This document shows positions 44,968 to 54,197 of a stretch of DNA of 64,000 nucleotides, piece after piece. Position 1 is the first letter of the stretch; each line of letters begins with the position of its first letter. The DNA lies in IMG/VR virus record IMGVR_UViG_3300027762_000294, positions 11,469-75,468 of that record, one strand, 5' to 3'. This DNA is from a virus. The notes beneath the pieces are model-generated. The model was given only the letters and a program-made list of their open reading frames with translations, did no database searches and was not told the DNA's origin. The translations under genes were made by a program, and so were the position numbers.

Positions 44968-45545
44968 GGCACTTCCTTAGTTATATAATAACGTGGTTGT
45001 AGATATTGGGCGTCATATTCTCTCACGTCTAAATGGACCCAAGTCGGGGATAACTCTCTAGGCTCTACAGATTTCATATTGCGCTTTCCCCACCCTATTT
45101 GACAATTACACTTAGAAATAATAGTCTCCCTATTTTTAGCGACAAAATCAACAGCGTTACCCATATGATTTGTTGTGCGACGTCCGTGTTTTTTGTTGTT
45201 TAATTTACATCTATAACCCGACGTGATTATAACATCCCCCACATAAAACTGAATTGCTTTTAAAGTGTAAATCAAAACCTCGTGAATACCCTTACCATCA
45301 AACCCTCCACACGAACAGTTAGGGCATTTTAACTTCTCAAAATCAACGGGATATTTTGTTATGAACTCACACATCGCGGCTTTAGTCTTAGGTCCCGCAA
45401 CACCATCAGGATGTTCATCTCCCATGTAATCATGTTGAAACTGTTTGATTTGTTTTATTGTTTTCGGTCCCATAACACCATCCCAGGTTGTCCCGCCAAA
45501 CCCTGCTAAAATTATTTGTATTCTTTCCACATTCATGAATTCCAC
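44955..45545 (-). CDS. Endolysin: peptidoglycan-binding domain plus M15 Zn peptidase
   Basis: DGVMGPKT...DGVAGPKT; ITSGYRC, HMGNAVDF, WVHLDVR. Confidence 0.9.
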   Translation of the reverse strand: MEFMNVERIQIILAGFGGTTWDGVMGPKTIKQIKQFQHDYMGDEHPDGVAGPKTKAAMCEFITKYPVDFEKLKCPNCSCGGFDGKGIHEVLIYTLKAIQFYVGDVIITSGYRCKLNNKKHGRRTTNHMGNAVDFVAKNRETIISKCNCQIGWGKRNMKSVEPRELSPTWVHLDVREYDAQYLQPRYYITKEVPWET

Positions 45546-45606
45546 TCCTCTGGAAAATTAATCCAAGAAAAGGGAATATTTATCTTTTCTTGGATCGGGT
45601 GTAAAA

Positions 45607-46805
45607 TTACTTATTCTTGTCCATACTTCTCTTAATCTCCTTAGAGATCGGTTGATCTAGTTGGCGATCTAAGTTAAACAAAACCTCAACAACACTCAAT
45701 TTGTTAAAGTAACTTGCCCATGGGGCAATGTCAACCAAGCGGATGAAAGCGTCGATAGGAACCGGGTTGAAATGGGCACCCCATTCACCTAAAATAATTG
45801 GATATGAGGATCGTGCCATTGAATATAAATTCAAAACCAAGACGTCAAAAAAAGCCAAGTCATGAGTTTTGGACTCAAGAGCTTGGCTTTGGGTTTTCAA
45901 TTCAGGTGGTAGCTCTAGTCCGCTTTCTGTATAGAAATTTATAGCGTCTTGAATAAGGCTTAAATCTGAACCGCCTCCTGTATATGTTTTAACAACCTGT
46001 TCATTCACAGCCTCGATATTGAGATAGTCTCGAATATTGAGCTTTGTGTTTTCACTTCCTAAAGTTGACACTCGGTCTCTAAACACGTCGTCATCCTTTA
46101 AAAATGGAATTAGCTCCTCGGGGGCTGTGAATTCTCCGCCTTCAATTCTAATGAGCAAACTCAAGGCTTCTTCATACGAAACCCCTTCCTGCAATGCTTC
46201 CTGGAAAAAGGGGTTATCAAAAGAGGATACCGAAAAACGAATTAATCCAGTTTTTTTTGGGCTAAATAGTAACGATCCGTTGAACTAAATGACGAGATTA
46301 AGGGGTATAGGTTATCGTGCTGACTTAGAGCCAACTTTAGACCTGGTTTGTCTTTGATCGTCAATTCTTGACCTTGATAATGAATGCCGGATGACATGTC
46401 AACAATCAGATGGTCTACCATCATGTCAATTTGATGGCTGCGGGATTCTTCTGCACTTGGGAGTTTCACTCCCGCATTGGTTGACGATCCTGATAAACCT
46501 CGTTTCTTTGAACCTTTGTCATCATTGATAATTCGCTGCGTGTAAAAATTTTGAATCCCATCTCGATATGGTTGATAACTAACATGACGCAGAATAAACC
46601 AAGGTAACTCGGAAGCTAACTGATTAGCCTCTTCAGAAGATCCCATTGATTTGACTAAGTCCTCATATGAACAAAGATCAAGATCGCGTTCTGCTTGACC
46701 ATCATATTCGACAGCCACGAGATATCCCTTTACTCCCTCAACTAATAGTTGTTTGGAGATATACATCGTTTCCACATCTTTGTTGGGTTTTCCATATTTA
46801 GCCAT
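45607..46805 (-). CDS. Tail assembly chaperone, long (GT-like) form made by -1 frameshift at 46251-46258
   Basis: CAA AAA AAA CTG at the end of 46242..46805; -1 frame reads KTGLIRFSVSSFDNPFFQEALQEG directly into ORF 45607..46194. Confidence 0.75.
46242..46805 (-). CDS. Tail assembly chaperone, short (G-like) form
   Basis: Downstream of tail tube genes and ends in a slippery A8 run. Confidence 0.7.
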   Translation of the reverse strand: MAKYGKPNKDVETMYISKQLLVEGVKGYLVAVEYDGQAERDLDLCSYEDLVKSMGSSEEANQLASELPWFILRHVSYQPYRDGIQNFYTQRIINDDKGSKKRGLSGSSTNAGVKLPSAEESRSHQIDMMVDHLIVDMSSGIHYQGQELTIKDKPGLKLALSQHDNLYPLISSFSSTDRYYLAQKKLD

Positions 46806-47391
46806 TGCGTTTTCCTCTTTTAGTGGTAGTTGAGACCTTAGTCTCTGTTGGTTGAACAGGTGGGGTAATGAGCTCTAATGCTGCCTTCTGAAAATCTCGA
46901 TAAAACATTCTACTGAACGTTTCATTATCAGATACAACATACTCTCGTTTAACCGCACGGGCGGACGGTGTGTTGGTTTCATTGGGCTTAACCAAATCCC
47001 AAGAAATGGGTTTGGCATAATAAACGACTAATGGGTCTACAATTTCAGTAATGGCAACCAGCACATTGTGTTTCATAGCTGAATATAAACGATGATGCCC
47101 ATCGGCAACATACAAATCACCATTTGAATTACGTTCGCAAACAACGGGAATTCTAACAACCCCGTTTATAATTTCAATTCGATTCGACATTAACTCCAAA
47201 GGACTGTTAACACAAATATTGTCCCAAAATTCCAGTTTTCGATTATCTAAATAGAACTGGGTCGGTCTTACGTTCTCTTTTATTTCACGGGAATTGTAAA
47301 GAGATGTTGTTATGCGCCGTCCTTTGTAGGGTTTGATATCCGGATAATCTTTTAACCCCACATTTTGTAAAAAGGCAATTAAAGAAGTCAC
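46798..47391 (-). CDS. ParB/Srx-like domain protein
   Basis: IPVVCE...LYVADGHHRLYSA signature. Confidence 0.65.
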   Translation of the reverse strand: MTSLIAFLQNVGLKDYPDIKPYKGRRITTSLYNSREIKENVRPTQFYLDNRKLEFWDNICVNSPLELMSNRIEIINGVVRIPVVCERNSNGDLYVADGHHRLYSAMKHNVLVAITEIVDPLVVYYAKPISWDLVKPNETNTPSARAVKREYVVSDNETFSRMFYRDFQKAALELITPPVQPTETKVSTTTKRGKRNG

Positions 47392-47392
47392 T

Positions 47393-48986
47393 TCAGTTTA
47401 TTCTCCATGTTGAATTTGAATTGAGGGTAAATATAGAGGTGGACAGGTCTATTGAAAACTCTCCAAACCCATCCACAACATCGGTACACGCATATTTAAT
47501 GCCTAGCTGGACATTGAACAGCCCTGTTGAGGGGGGCACAGGTCCTATGCCGCTAATTGAATATTCGTAAGTTTCAACTCCTTTCACAATAGAAGTTGTC
47601 GAGTCGAAATTTGTAACCTGTGAATATATGTTTTTTTTAACAAACGAAAATTCAGTAACAAAATAATTTTTTGGGAATGTCAGCTTATAAAAGCCATCCT
47701 CAAGTTGAATATATCCATTTCTAACAACGCCACTACGATCAATTATCTCTCTAGTGGAATTGTTTGAAATATACTTTATTCTTTCCAGGACGCGGTTTGA
47801 GCTTTGATCCCAAGAATACCCAATCTCATTTATGTGGGCATCTTCAAATGTATATTTGACAATAGATCGGGATACTCCTGGAATAACATGCTCGTTTAAT
47901 GTGTAAAGACTTAAGGTCAGTCCGCTATTAAAAAATACATCGGGGTTAAAATGGATATTTTCTACAGTTAAAGCATACCTTGGGAACTGCCTAACAACTC
48001 TATCAGTTTTCCCTAATGTAACATCAATATAACCTTCATTTGCAAGACCTGTTAAATCGTGAACCTCAGTCCTTATTGGACACCATACTGAACTATTACT
48101 CTGTAATGGTGATAGAAATACGGATCTTCGTGAGATTAGCCGCACCCCCCACCCCAAACCGTGCGGGACACTTTCGCGTCACACGGCTTTCAAAGTCTTA
48201 TGGCTAGGTTCTGTGACCTATGCCAACATTCAGTTCTATTTGGAAGTCAAGAAGTGTCATTTTGTCCATAGGCACCTCCTTTATTAAGTTAAGTTTTACA
48301 TCTGAATTGATCTTAACTTCCAATTTTCCCTAAATGCTCTAAATAAAGTTGTTTGCAAATACTCAACATGTTTTCGAGCCTTTTTAATTAAGCCCGGTGT
48401 AAATTGCCATTTCTTACGAGGATCGTAAGCTCTGACGGCTTTTTTACTCACCTTGGTATCCAAAGTTTATTCTTTATCTAGATAGACTCCTAGCGTACTT
48501 CTGCCCCTAACTCCCTTGGGTCGTTGCGTTTCTGTCTGCCAACGTATTGTTCGTCGTCCCTTACTCGCATATTATTACGCCTCTGTGAGATTAAGGTTAA
48601 CTCTCTATAAAGTTGATCTACCTTGACCTAATCTTAACCTCATCCCTAATTTTGATTAATCCGAATATATTAACTGATTTAGACTGAGACTTTACCCCTT
48701 ACACTTTTAGATGATTATGCAGTTGTATGCACTGTTGCATATAAGTGTCTTAACTCTGTTGGGATTTAGAGGCTTCAATCGTCTCTTCGCATATTGCTAG
48801 TCATGTCAGTTTCTGCTCAGGCTAAGGTTTTAAACAGAGTTTCCTAATTCCTTAAATACGCCCTTTTGTCCCTTCGCTATACACCCTGATCCTGTTATAG
48901 CAAGTCAGAGGTCTGAAGGTAAGCACACCACGTCTCATCAGTGGCGAGGGAATTGCACCCCATTTCAGATTATCTTTCGTAACCAT
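47393..48986 (-). CDS. Intron-split tail-region protein (exon 1 48959-48986, exon 2 47393-48105; 246 aa spliced)
   Basis: Removing 48106-48958 gives the in-frame MVTKDNLKWVQSNSSVWCPIRTE...; the ATG lies 17 nt after the tail tube stop. Confidence 0.7.
48106..48958 (-). mobile_element. ORF-less group II intron (IIB-like), 853 nt
   Basis: Domain V AGCCGTGTGACGCGAAAGTGTCCCGCACGGTTT (about 48156-48189); D6 with bulged A 8 nt before the AT 3' end; 5' GTGCA; TCCCT/AGGGA D1 stem; 10-bp D2 stem; AGA J2/3. Confidence 0.88.
48296..48451 (-). pseudogene. Remnant N-terminus of the intron-encoded reverse transcriptase (51 aa)
   Basis: KWQFTPGLIKKARKHVEYLQTTLFRAFRENWKLRSIQ resembles the RT N-terminal W..K....V..LQ..I..A pattern; lies in domain IV. 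Confidence 0.6.
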
Positions 48987-49003
48987 TTGAGTTGGCTACT
49001 TAT

Positions 49004-50512
49004 TTAGGCACACGCATACATCCCAAACATAACAGTATAACCCATATTAGATTTACCGGCTGAGAACTCAACATTAACAGCTGTTGGGGTATTAAGAGCG
49101 GGGTTATCATCGTTTGCAATCAATGTTACAGAGGGCAAATGAATAGTCAAATATTGAGTTTTCCCGTTTGAACCTTCGCAACCCTTAACACTTTGCAAAA
49201 CCACAAATAGATTTGCCACACAAGAATTAGCCGACGCCATAATCAATCTTAAAGTTTTGTCATCTAAAAAGCTCTTAAAAGTCCCACCGATTTGTGATAA
49301 GTTGTTCACGCTTATTTTGTTAGGATATAGAGCGTCATTGTGTTCTTCAGAAGTTCTCCCTGATTTTTCAACCATATATGTTTCCCCTGTCTTCAATGTA
49401 AACTCAGACACGGGGTACACCTTCCCATTGAGATAGAGAAAAGACTTAGACCCAATGAACGGCAATCCGATACTGTTATCTTTAACCAGCTTTGAATAGG
49501 GGGGCGTTCCTATCTCGGTAGGATCCGTTGTGGTTGGGCTGATATAAAAGTCGCCTCCACATAACGCGCCAAAATTCATAGTGACTAATTCATTGGATGG
49601 GGATGATAAATCAAGCGAGTGAATTACAGCCCCTCGTAAACCTTTGTAATATTTCAATGCCTCGTTTGCAACAACCAAGTTAAATGAGCTGACTTTTGTA
49701 CCATTCTTAACAGTGTCAAACATATCAAGTGACCAAGAAGACAGGTCTGTCACTTCAAAATTTCGAGTTGTTTTGAAAGTAAAATTATTGACTCCCACGG
49801 AATCAACATAAAAGATTCCGCTAGTTGCAAGTTTTTGAGAAGTTCCTTTGATGATAAATGGCTGCCCTACTTCCATAGACGAGCCACCTGTAAAAGTGTA
49901 AGTGTATAGGTTAGTTAGAGGATCAAACAATTTAGACCCTGTAAACCCAGTTACATTTAGAGTTGACCCATATTTAACTTCCCCGTGTAATACAGAAGCT
50001 ATAGCATTCTTTGCAAAATCAGTCCCTGTGTAATTTGTTTCTAGAGTAGTGGTTACAGTGAACCCTGTGATTTGCTTATTAGCTACCTGCCCATCATCAC
50101 TTAAACAAACAGCTTCCGCCGATTCGGCAGCCCGTTGAATTCCTCCTGCCTTGAAGCAAATTTGTGTAAATTCAGGGAGAATGTACCACTCAGAATAGTT
50201 ACCTGCTAAAGCCGCAACTAAATCAATGTTAGTAGACGGTGTCAATAATGCACTAAAGCTCCCATTCGTCTCGGTAATAATAGAATCAAAACCGAATTCA
50301 TAATCCACACCATTTACTTTAACCCACACAGGTTGCCCAACAGAATATGTTGAAAAAATTTCTTTGTCAGTTATCCGTTTTAGCTTGACTTTATCAGCTG
50401 ACATTTCTAAGGTATTAACTGGAGTGACTCGATATCGTTCATAAGGCGGCTCCCCAAAAATTTCTTCAGATGCATACCCCATACTTACGTTACTATTTAC
50501 TAATGTTGGCAT
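49004..50512 (-). CDS. Tail tube (major tail) protein, 502 aa
   Basis: N-terminal SNVSMGYASEEIFGEPP typical of tube proteins; upstream of chaperones; paralog of 50608..53103. Confidence 0.7.
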   Translation of the reverse strand: MPTLVNSNVSMGYASEEIFGEPPYERYRVTPVNTLEMSADKVKLKRITDKEIFSTYSVGQPVWVKVNGVDYEFGFDSIITETNGSFSALLTPSTNIDLVAALAGNYSEWYILPEFTQICFKAGGIQRAAESAEAVCLSDDGQVANKQITGFTVTTTLETNYTGTDFAKNAIASVLHGEVKYGSTLNVTGFTGSKLFDPLTNLYTYTFTGGSSMEVGQPFIIKGTSQKLATSGIFYVDSVGVNNFTFKTTRNFEVTDLSSWSLDMFDTVKNGTKVSSFNLVVANEALKYYKGLRGAVIHSLDLSSPSNELVTMNFGALCGGDFYISPTTTDPTEIGTPPYSKLVKDNSIGLPFIGSKSFLYLNGKVYPVSEFTLKTGETYMVEKSGRTSEEHNDALYPNKISVNNLSQIGGTFKSFLDDKTLRLIMASANSCVANLFVVLQSVKGCEGSNGKTQYLTIHLPSVTLIANDDNPALNTPTAVNVEFSAGKSNMGYTVMFGMYACA

Positions 50513-50607
50513 ATGTTTATTCCTCTCTTGTTATAGTGTTAAAACAATCCAAAAAAAATAAAAGATTAATTTATCTCTCCCGTTTTCTTGGATTGGTTTG
50601 GTTTTTT

Positions 50608-53103
50608 TTATCCTTTCCAGTAATTTAAACTATATGTGTAATCGTATAATGGGGAATAAGCGGCACTATATTCCATTGTGACAGCCGTTGGGGTGTTTGA
50701 TGCCGGGTTATCAACTGTAGCTACAACCGTTACATTGGGAATATGAATCAAGAATTCATCACGGATATTTGAACCATCGTTTAAGCATGTAGCTGCACTA
50801 GACCCCCTTAAAATCAAACTGCCGGTGCAATTATTGTTAAACTTTTCAATTTGTTGAATCATCGATTGAGACAAGAATCCCTTAGTACTCCCACTGACTC
50901 CACTAAAAGAATTCAAGTTGACAATCCCCGGGTATTCTCCGCTGGTATCTGTTAAATCGTCTGAACCTGCATTTACGTAATCGGTAGCAACTAAATCGCC
51001 CGTTCTGAAACTGAATTCGCTAACTGGGAATACCTTGCCATTCAAATAAATGATGGAATTAGACCCCGTAAAGGAATGATTAAACCCTGAATCAATTAAG
51101 GTTGAATGATAGGGGTGTGGGGTGGGGTCTGTTAAACTTGGATTAGACTCATAACCCCCAACACCATCTACAGTCGTGTTGAGACTCATCATTTCGGTGA
51201 GGTTTGATGTAATTTCAAACGACTTGGTTAAGCAGCCGGGCAATCGAATGTAATAACCAATTCCTGTATTTACTTGGGTTAGTGTATAAGGAATAACATC
51301 CTTTCCATTATGTACGTGCGCCATCACTTTAATATTCATTAAAACTGTTATTGTTGAAGACGGCACACTAGCAAGGTGGGAAAAACGGATGCCCCCACTC
51401 GTCCCGGTACATAAAAGAGGTTTATTTGCGATTTTGGTATTAGGATAATCGCTAATCATAAAAAACACGCCCTTCGTAACCCCTGGAATCGGATATGGAA
51501 TTAAATAATCAAATAACCCTGTGGTAGAATTTTGACCTAAATTAGTCAATTGAGCAGTTATAGCCACTGACGATTGGGAACTCCAAGTCGACCTACTCGC
51601 ACTGGACAACATTAATAATGCAGGGTCGGATAAAGATAGAAACATATTTACTGTCGTGGCTAAACTATACCGAGTTCTGATCTTGGGACCGACCTGTCCC
51701 TCAATAGTCATACAAGGCTGTTCTACCGCTTCAGGCGTTCTTTGAATACCGCCATCTTTATAACAAATCTTAGTAAATGAGGGATAAACTTTTAACTCAC
51801 CTGCTAAAACAGTCACGGGCTCTGTAGACCCATCCGACCGAACGTATTGATCATCTCCAACTTTAATAAACTCAATTCCCGCGGCGTCTAAAGATGAGCC
51901 CACGGGCAAATTCTTGAGTAACTCTAAGTCTGGCTCCCCAAAGCTAAATAAGCCTTGCGGTGGGGTTACAGTTTCAAATGTCACATTTACTTTCTGAATA
52001 GGGCTTGGGATGAAAACCCCTTGGGTAATATCTTCAAGTGCACTCACTGTGAAGGTCAGTGGGTTTACAACTGTAACGGCAAAACCAGATTCCTCAAGTT
52101 TAGACTTAACTTTATCTTTAAAATTAGTATACGTATTCCCTTGAGTTAAATACACATAACGAGTCAAACCGTCTTTTGAATCGTCTTGATATGTGGATGT
52201 GACAATAAAGTCATAACCAACACCCCCTCTCACAAAACGCAATCGATCTCCGTCTGAAATATTAATATTCTCTAGGATATCTTGATTCTCAAAGCTTAAA
52301 GTGCGACGGCGGCTTACAGGTAACGCCCCTTCAATTATAACAGCATTCTCACTTAAAAGCTCTAACCGAGTTGGGTTGTAAGCTTTGGCTGTGATTACAA
52401 ATTTACTATTGGGAGTATCGATTGTAGTCGTGTAATCAGTCAATATTAAATTCATTTTAGCCACAAGATTAGGTTTGTAATCCACTCCATCATCATAAGA
52501 GTAATACACCCGTGTTAATGGGTTGTCGGGCGGAGGTGGTAACGTGGTGCTTGTGTTGAATTGGTAGGTATTACCGTCTAAAGCAATGTCAATAGGATTA
52601 TGCCAATCAAAGGTCTGTTGTTCATATACCCCGGGCACTGCCGGGACGTCAATAATGTCTGCCCACCAACTACTACTTTGAAACAGAGTACCCGATCCTG
52701 GCACAAAATCGTAAAGTTTGAGTTCAATGGTGTTGTCGTCTGTATAGGTGTAAGGTCCGGAAGTAATCTCAACATTATCAACTAAATCTTTGAGTGTCCA
52801 AATGCCGGATGTGTTATTATGAGGTCCCATCCCTGAAATAGACCCCACATAAAGCTCATCAACATCCGCCCACTCACTTCTGAAAATTTTACCTACAACT
52901 GCAATTCCATTTAAAAGTCCAGGTGTGATGTTAATTGTCGCCTTCGTATATTCCAATTCATTTGCCGCAGTGTAAGTGAACTGGTTAGATGCCCCTGTAA
53001 TAATCACGGGGATTGTGTTGGGTGTGCCAAACAAAGTTTCAGGTCCGTTGATAGCTAAACTTACATTTGAACTTAATCCCGTAAAATTATAATTATCTGC
53101 CAT
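50608..53103 (-). CDS. Second, larger tail-tube-like paralog, 831 aa
   Basis: Shares FTxICxKxGGIQR, YLNGKVxPVSEF and DNPAxNTPTAV blocks with the 502-aa protein. Confidence 0.7.
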   Translation of the reverse strand: MADNYNFTGLSSNVSLAINGPETLFGTPNTIPVIITGASNQFTYTAANELEYTKATINITPGLLNGIAVVGKIFRSEWADVDELYVGSISGMGPHNNTSGIWTLKDLVDNVEITSGPYTYTDDNTIELKLYDFVPGSGTLFQSSSWWADIIDVPAVPGVYEQQTFDWHNPIDIALDGNTYQFNTSTTLPPPPDNPLTRVYYSYDDGVDYKPNLVAKMNLILTDYTTTIDTPNSKFVITAKAYNPTRLELLSENAVIIEGALPVSRRRTLSFENQDILENINISDGDRLRFVRGGVGYDFIVTSTYQDDSKDGLTRYVYLTQGNTYTNFKDKVKSKLEESGFAVTVVNPLTFTVSALEDITQGVFIPSPIQKVNVTFETVTPPQGLFSFGEPDLELLKNLPVGSSLDAAGIEFIKVGDDQYVRSDGSTEPVTVLAGELKVYPSFTKICYKDGGIQRTPEAVEQPCMTIEGQVGPKIRTRYSLATTVNMFLSLSDPALLMLSSASRSTWSSQSSVAITAQLTNLGQNSTTGLFDYLIPYPIPGVTKGVFFMISDYPNTKIANKPLLCTGTSGGIRFSHLASVPSSTITVLMNIKVMAHVHNGKDVIPYTLTQVNTGIGYYIRLPGCLTKSFEITSNLTEMMSLNTTVDGVGGYESNPSLTDPTPHPYHSTLIDSGFNHSFTGSNSIIYLNGKVFPVSEFSFRTGDLVATDYVNAGSDDLTDTSGEYPGIVNLNSFSGVSGSTKGFLSQSMIQQIEKFNNNCTGSLILRGSSAATCLNDGSNIRDEFLIHIPNVTVVATVDNPASNTPTAVTMEYSAAYSPLYDYTYSLNYWKG

Positions 53104-53109
53104 AATAAA

Positions 53110-53661
53110 TTATCCTCGGTAGACGCGGGTTGTATAGCCCCCGTATTTTTCACACAAAAGACCTTCAATTTGTAACAATCGTCTAACATAATTGGACAAA
53201 TAGGTCTCGTCCTTATAAGACACTGAAAAAGAGTCATTAAGAGTCACAGAGGAGGCGTCTCTCTCAATTTCAGAAATGTTTGAACGTGTATCCAAGATAC
53301 TTAATAATGTGGTGTGGGATGACCACACAACAAGTCTATGTATAATCATGCTTATGAGGCGTTTGACTTTAGTCTCGTATTCTTCTTGTGTCAATTGCGC
53401 AGGTTTAGGGCAAAGACTTTCCAGGATCAACCCCTCTGTAAACTCAGTTAAATTATTGAAAAGTTCGGACATTACCCAAAAACAACAATAATTTTCTGAG
53501 CTTGTTGATGAGGAAAACAACAGCTCGCCTTTAAAATAAACTTCATATACATATCTGTTTGTGGCGTCAAAGGTTACAAAGTTATGTGTAAAGTCCCAAG
53601 TGTACCCTTCGTCTATGTAAGTTTCAAGATCTGGACTAGATTTGAAGGTTAATTGACTCAC
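53110..53661 (-). CDS. Putative head-tail adaptor/neck protein
   Basis: Size and position between capsid and tail tube genes. Confidence 0.45.
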   Translation of the reverse strand: MSQLTFKSSPDLETYIDEGYTWDFTHNFVTFDATNRYVYEVYFKGELLFSSSTSSENYCCFWVMSELFNNLTEFTEGLILESLCPKPAQLTQEEYETKVKRLISMIIHRLVVWSSHTTLLSILDTRSNISEIERDASSVTLNDSFSVSYKDETYLSNYVRRLLQIEGLLCEKYGGYTTRVYRG

Positions 53662-54184
53662 GAGACAATTCCCCGTCTAACAAAATAGAGGCTGCTATAA
53701 ACCAATACACCCGGTCTCCCAATTCAACAACTCCAAGCTCTGTCACAGGCGATGTGATTGGTGCCATGGTAAGAGGTAACTTTGTGAGTTGATTTTGAAC
53801 CTTAAGCAACATTTTATCTTCATGATTAGTGAGATATATCATCACCTTATCTAAAATTTTCATCAGGGTAGCCATGGCTTCTGAATCTGTGATTGTGGGG
53901 GTTAATTTTTCAGTTCTAGTCACCCCATTTGGATTGAAAAAGGTTTGACCTTCAGGCAACACTTCTTCAACCGAAGCTAAATTGTTGTTGATCAGAAAGT
54001 TTAAACCTGCTCGGACACAATCGAATACATACCCTTTAGGTTGTCCAATTCCTGAAGTCACCTCTAAACTCGTGCTATCTGTAAATGACGATGGTACTGT
54101 TGCAGGAGTTCCCCCATTCAGATAAACAACTCGAGTGTCTTGACTGACATTAAAAATTACAGGATTTACAAGAAATTTAATCAC
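53636..54184 (-). CDS. Putative head completion protein (GTG start at 54184)
   Basis: GGAG RBS right after the capsid stop; position. Confidence 0.5.
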   Translation of the reverse strand: MIKFLVNPVIFNVSQDTRVVYLNGGTPATVPSSFTDSTSLEVTSGIGQPKGYVFDCVRAGLNFLINNNLASVEEVLPEGQTFFNPNGVTRTEKLTPTITDSEAMATLMKILDKVMIYLTNHEDKMLLKVQNQLTKLPLTMAPITSPVTELGVVELGDRVYWFIAASILLDGELSRESINLQI

Positions 54185-54197
54185 GTTATAGTCTCCT

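Noticed and set aside
47393-48157. ORF-track start MGWGVRLISRR for the 254-aa ORF
   Set aside because: The first 17 codons are intron domain V/VI sequence; the spliced model gives a proper ATG next to the upstream gene
48296-48451. Diversity-generating retroelement or retron
   Set aside because: Only an RT N-terminal stub inside the intron; no catalytic RT and no template/variable repeat pair noticed
48924-48928. Alternative 5' splice site GTGTG, also in frame
   Set aside because: GTGCA at 48958 is followed by TCCCT, which pairs with AGGGA immediately before domain II, so it fits better; not fully excluded without RT-PCR
48920-48985. Hammerhead-like CUGAUGA and GAAA elements on the minus strand
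   Set aside because: Stem II cannot form, and the sequence is explained by exon 1 and the intron 5' end
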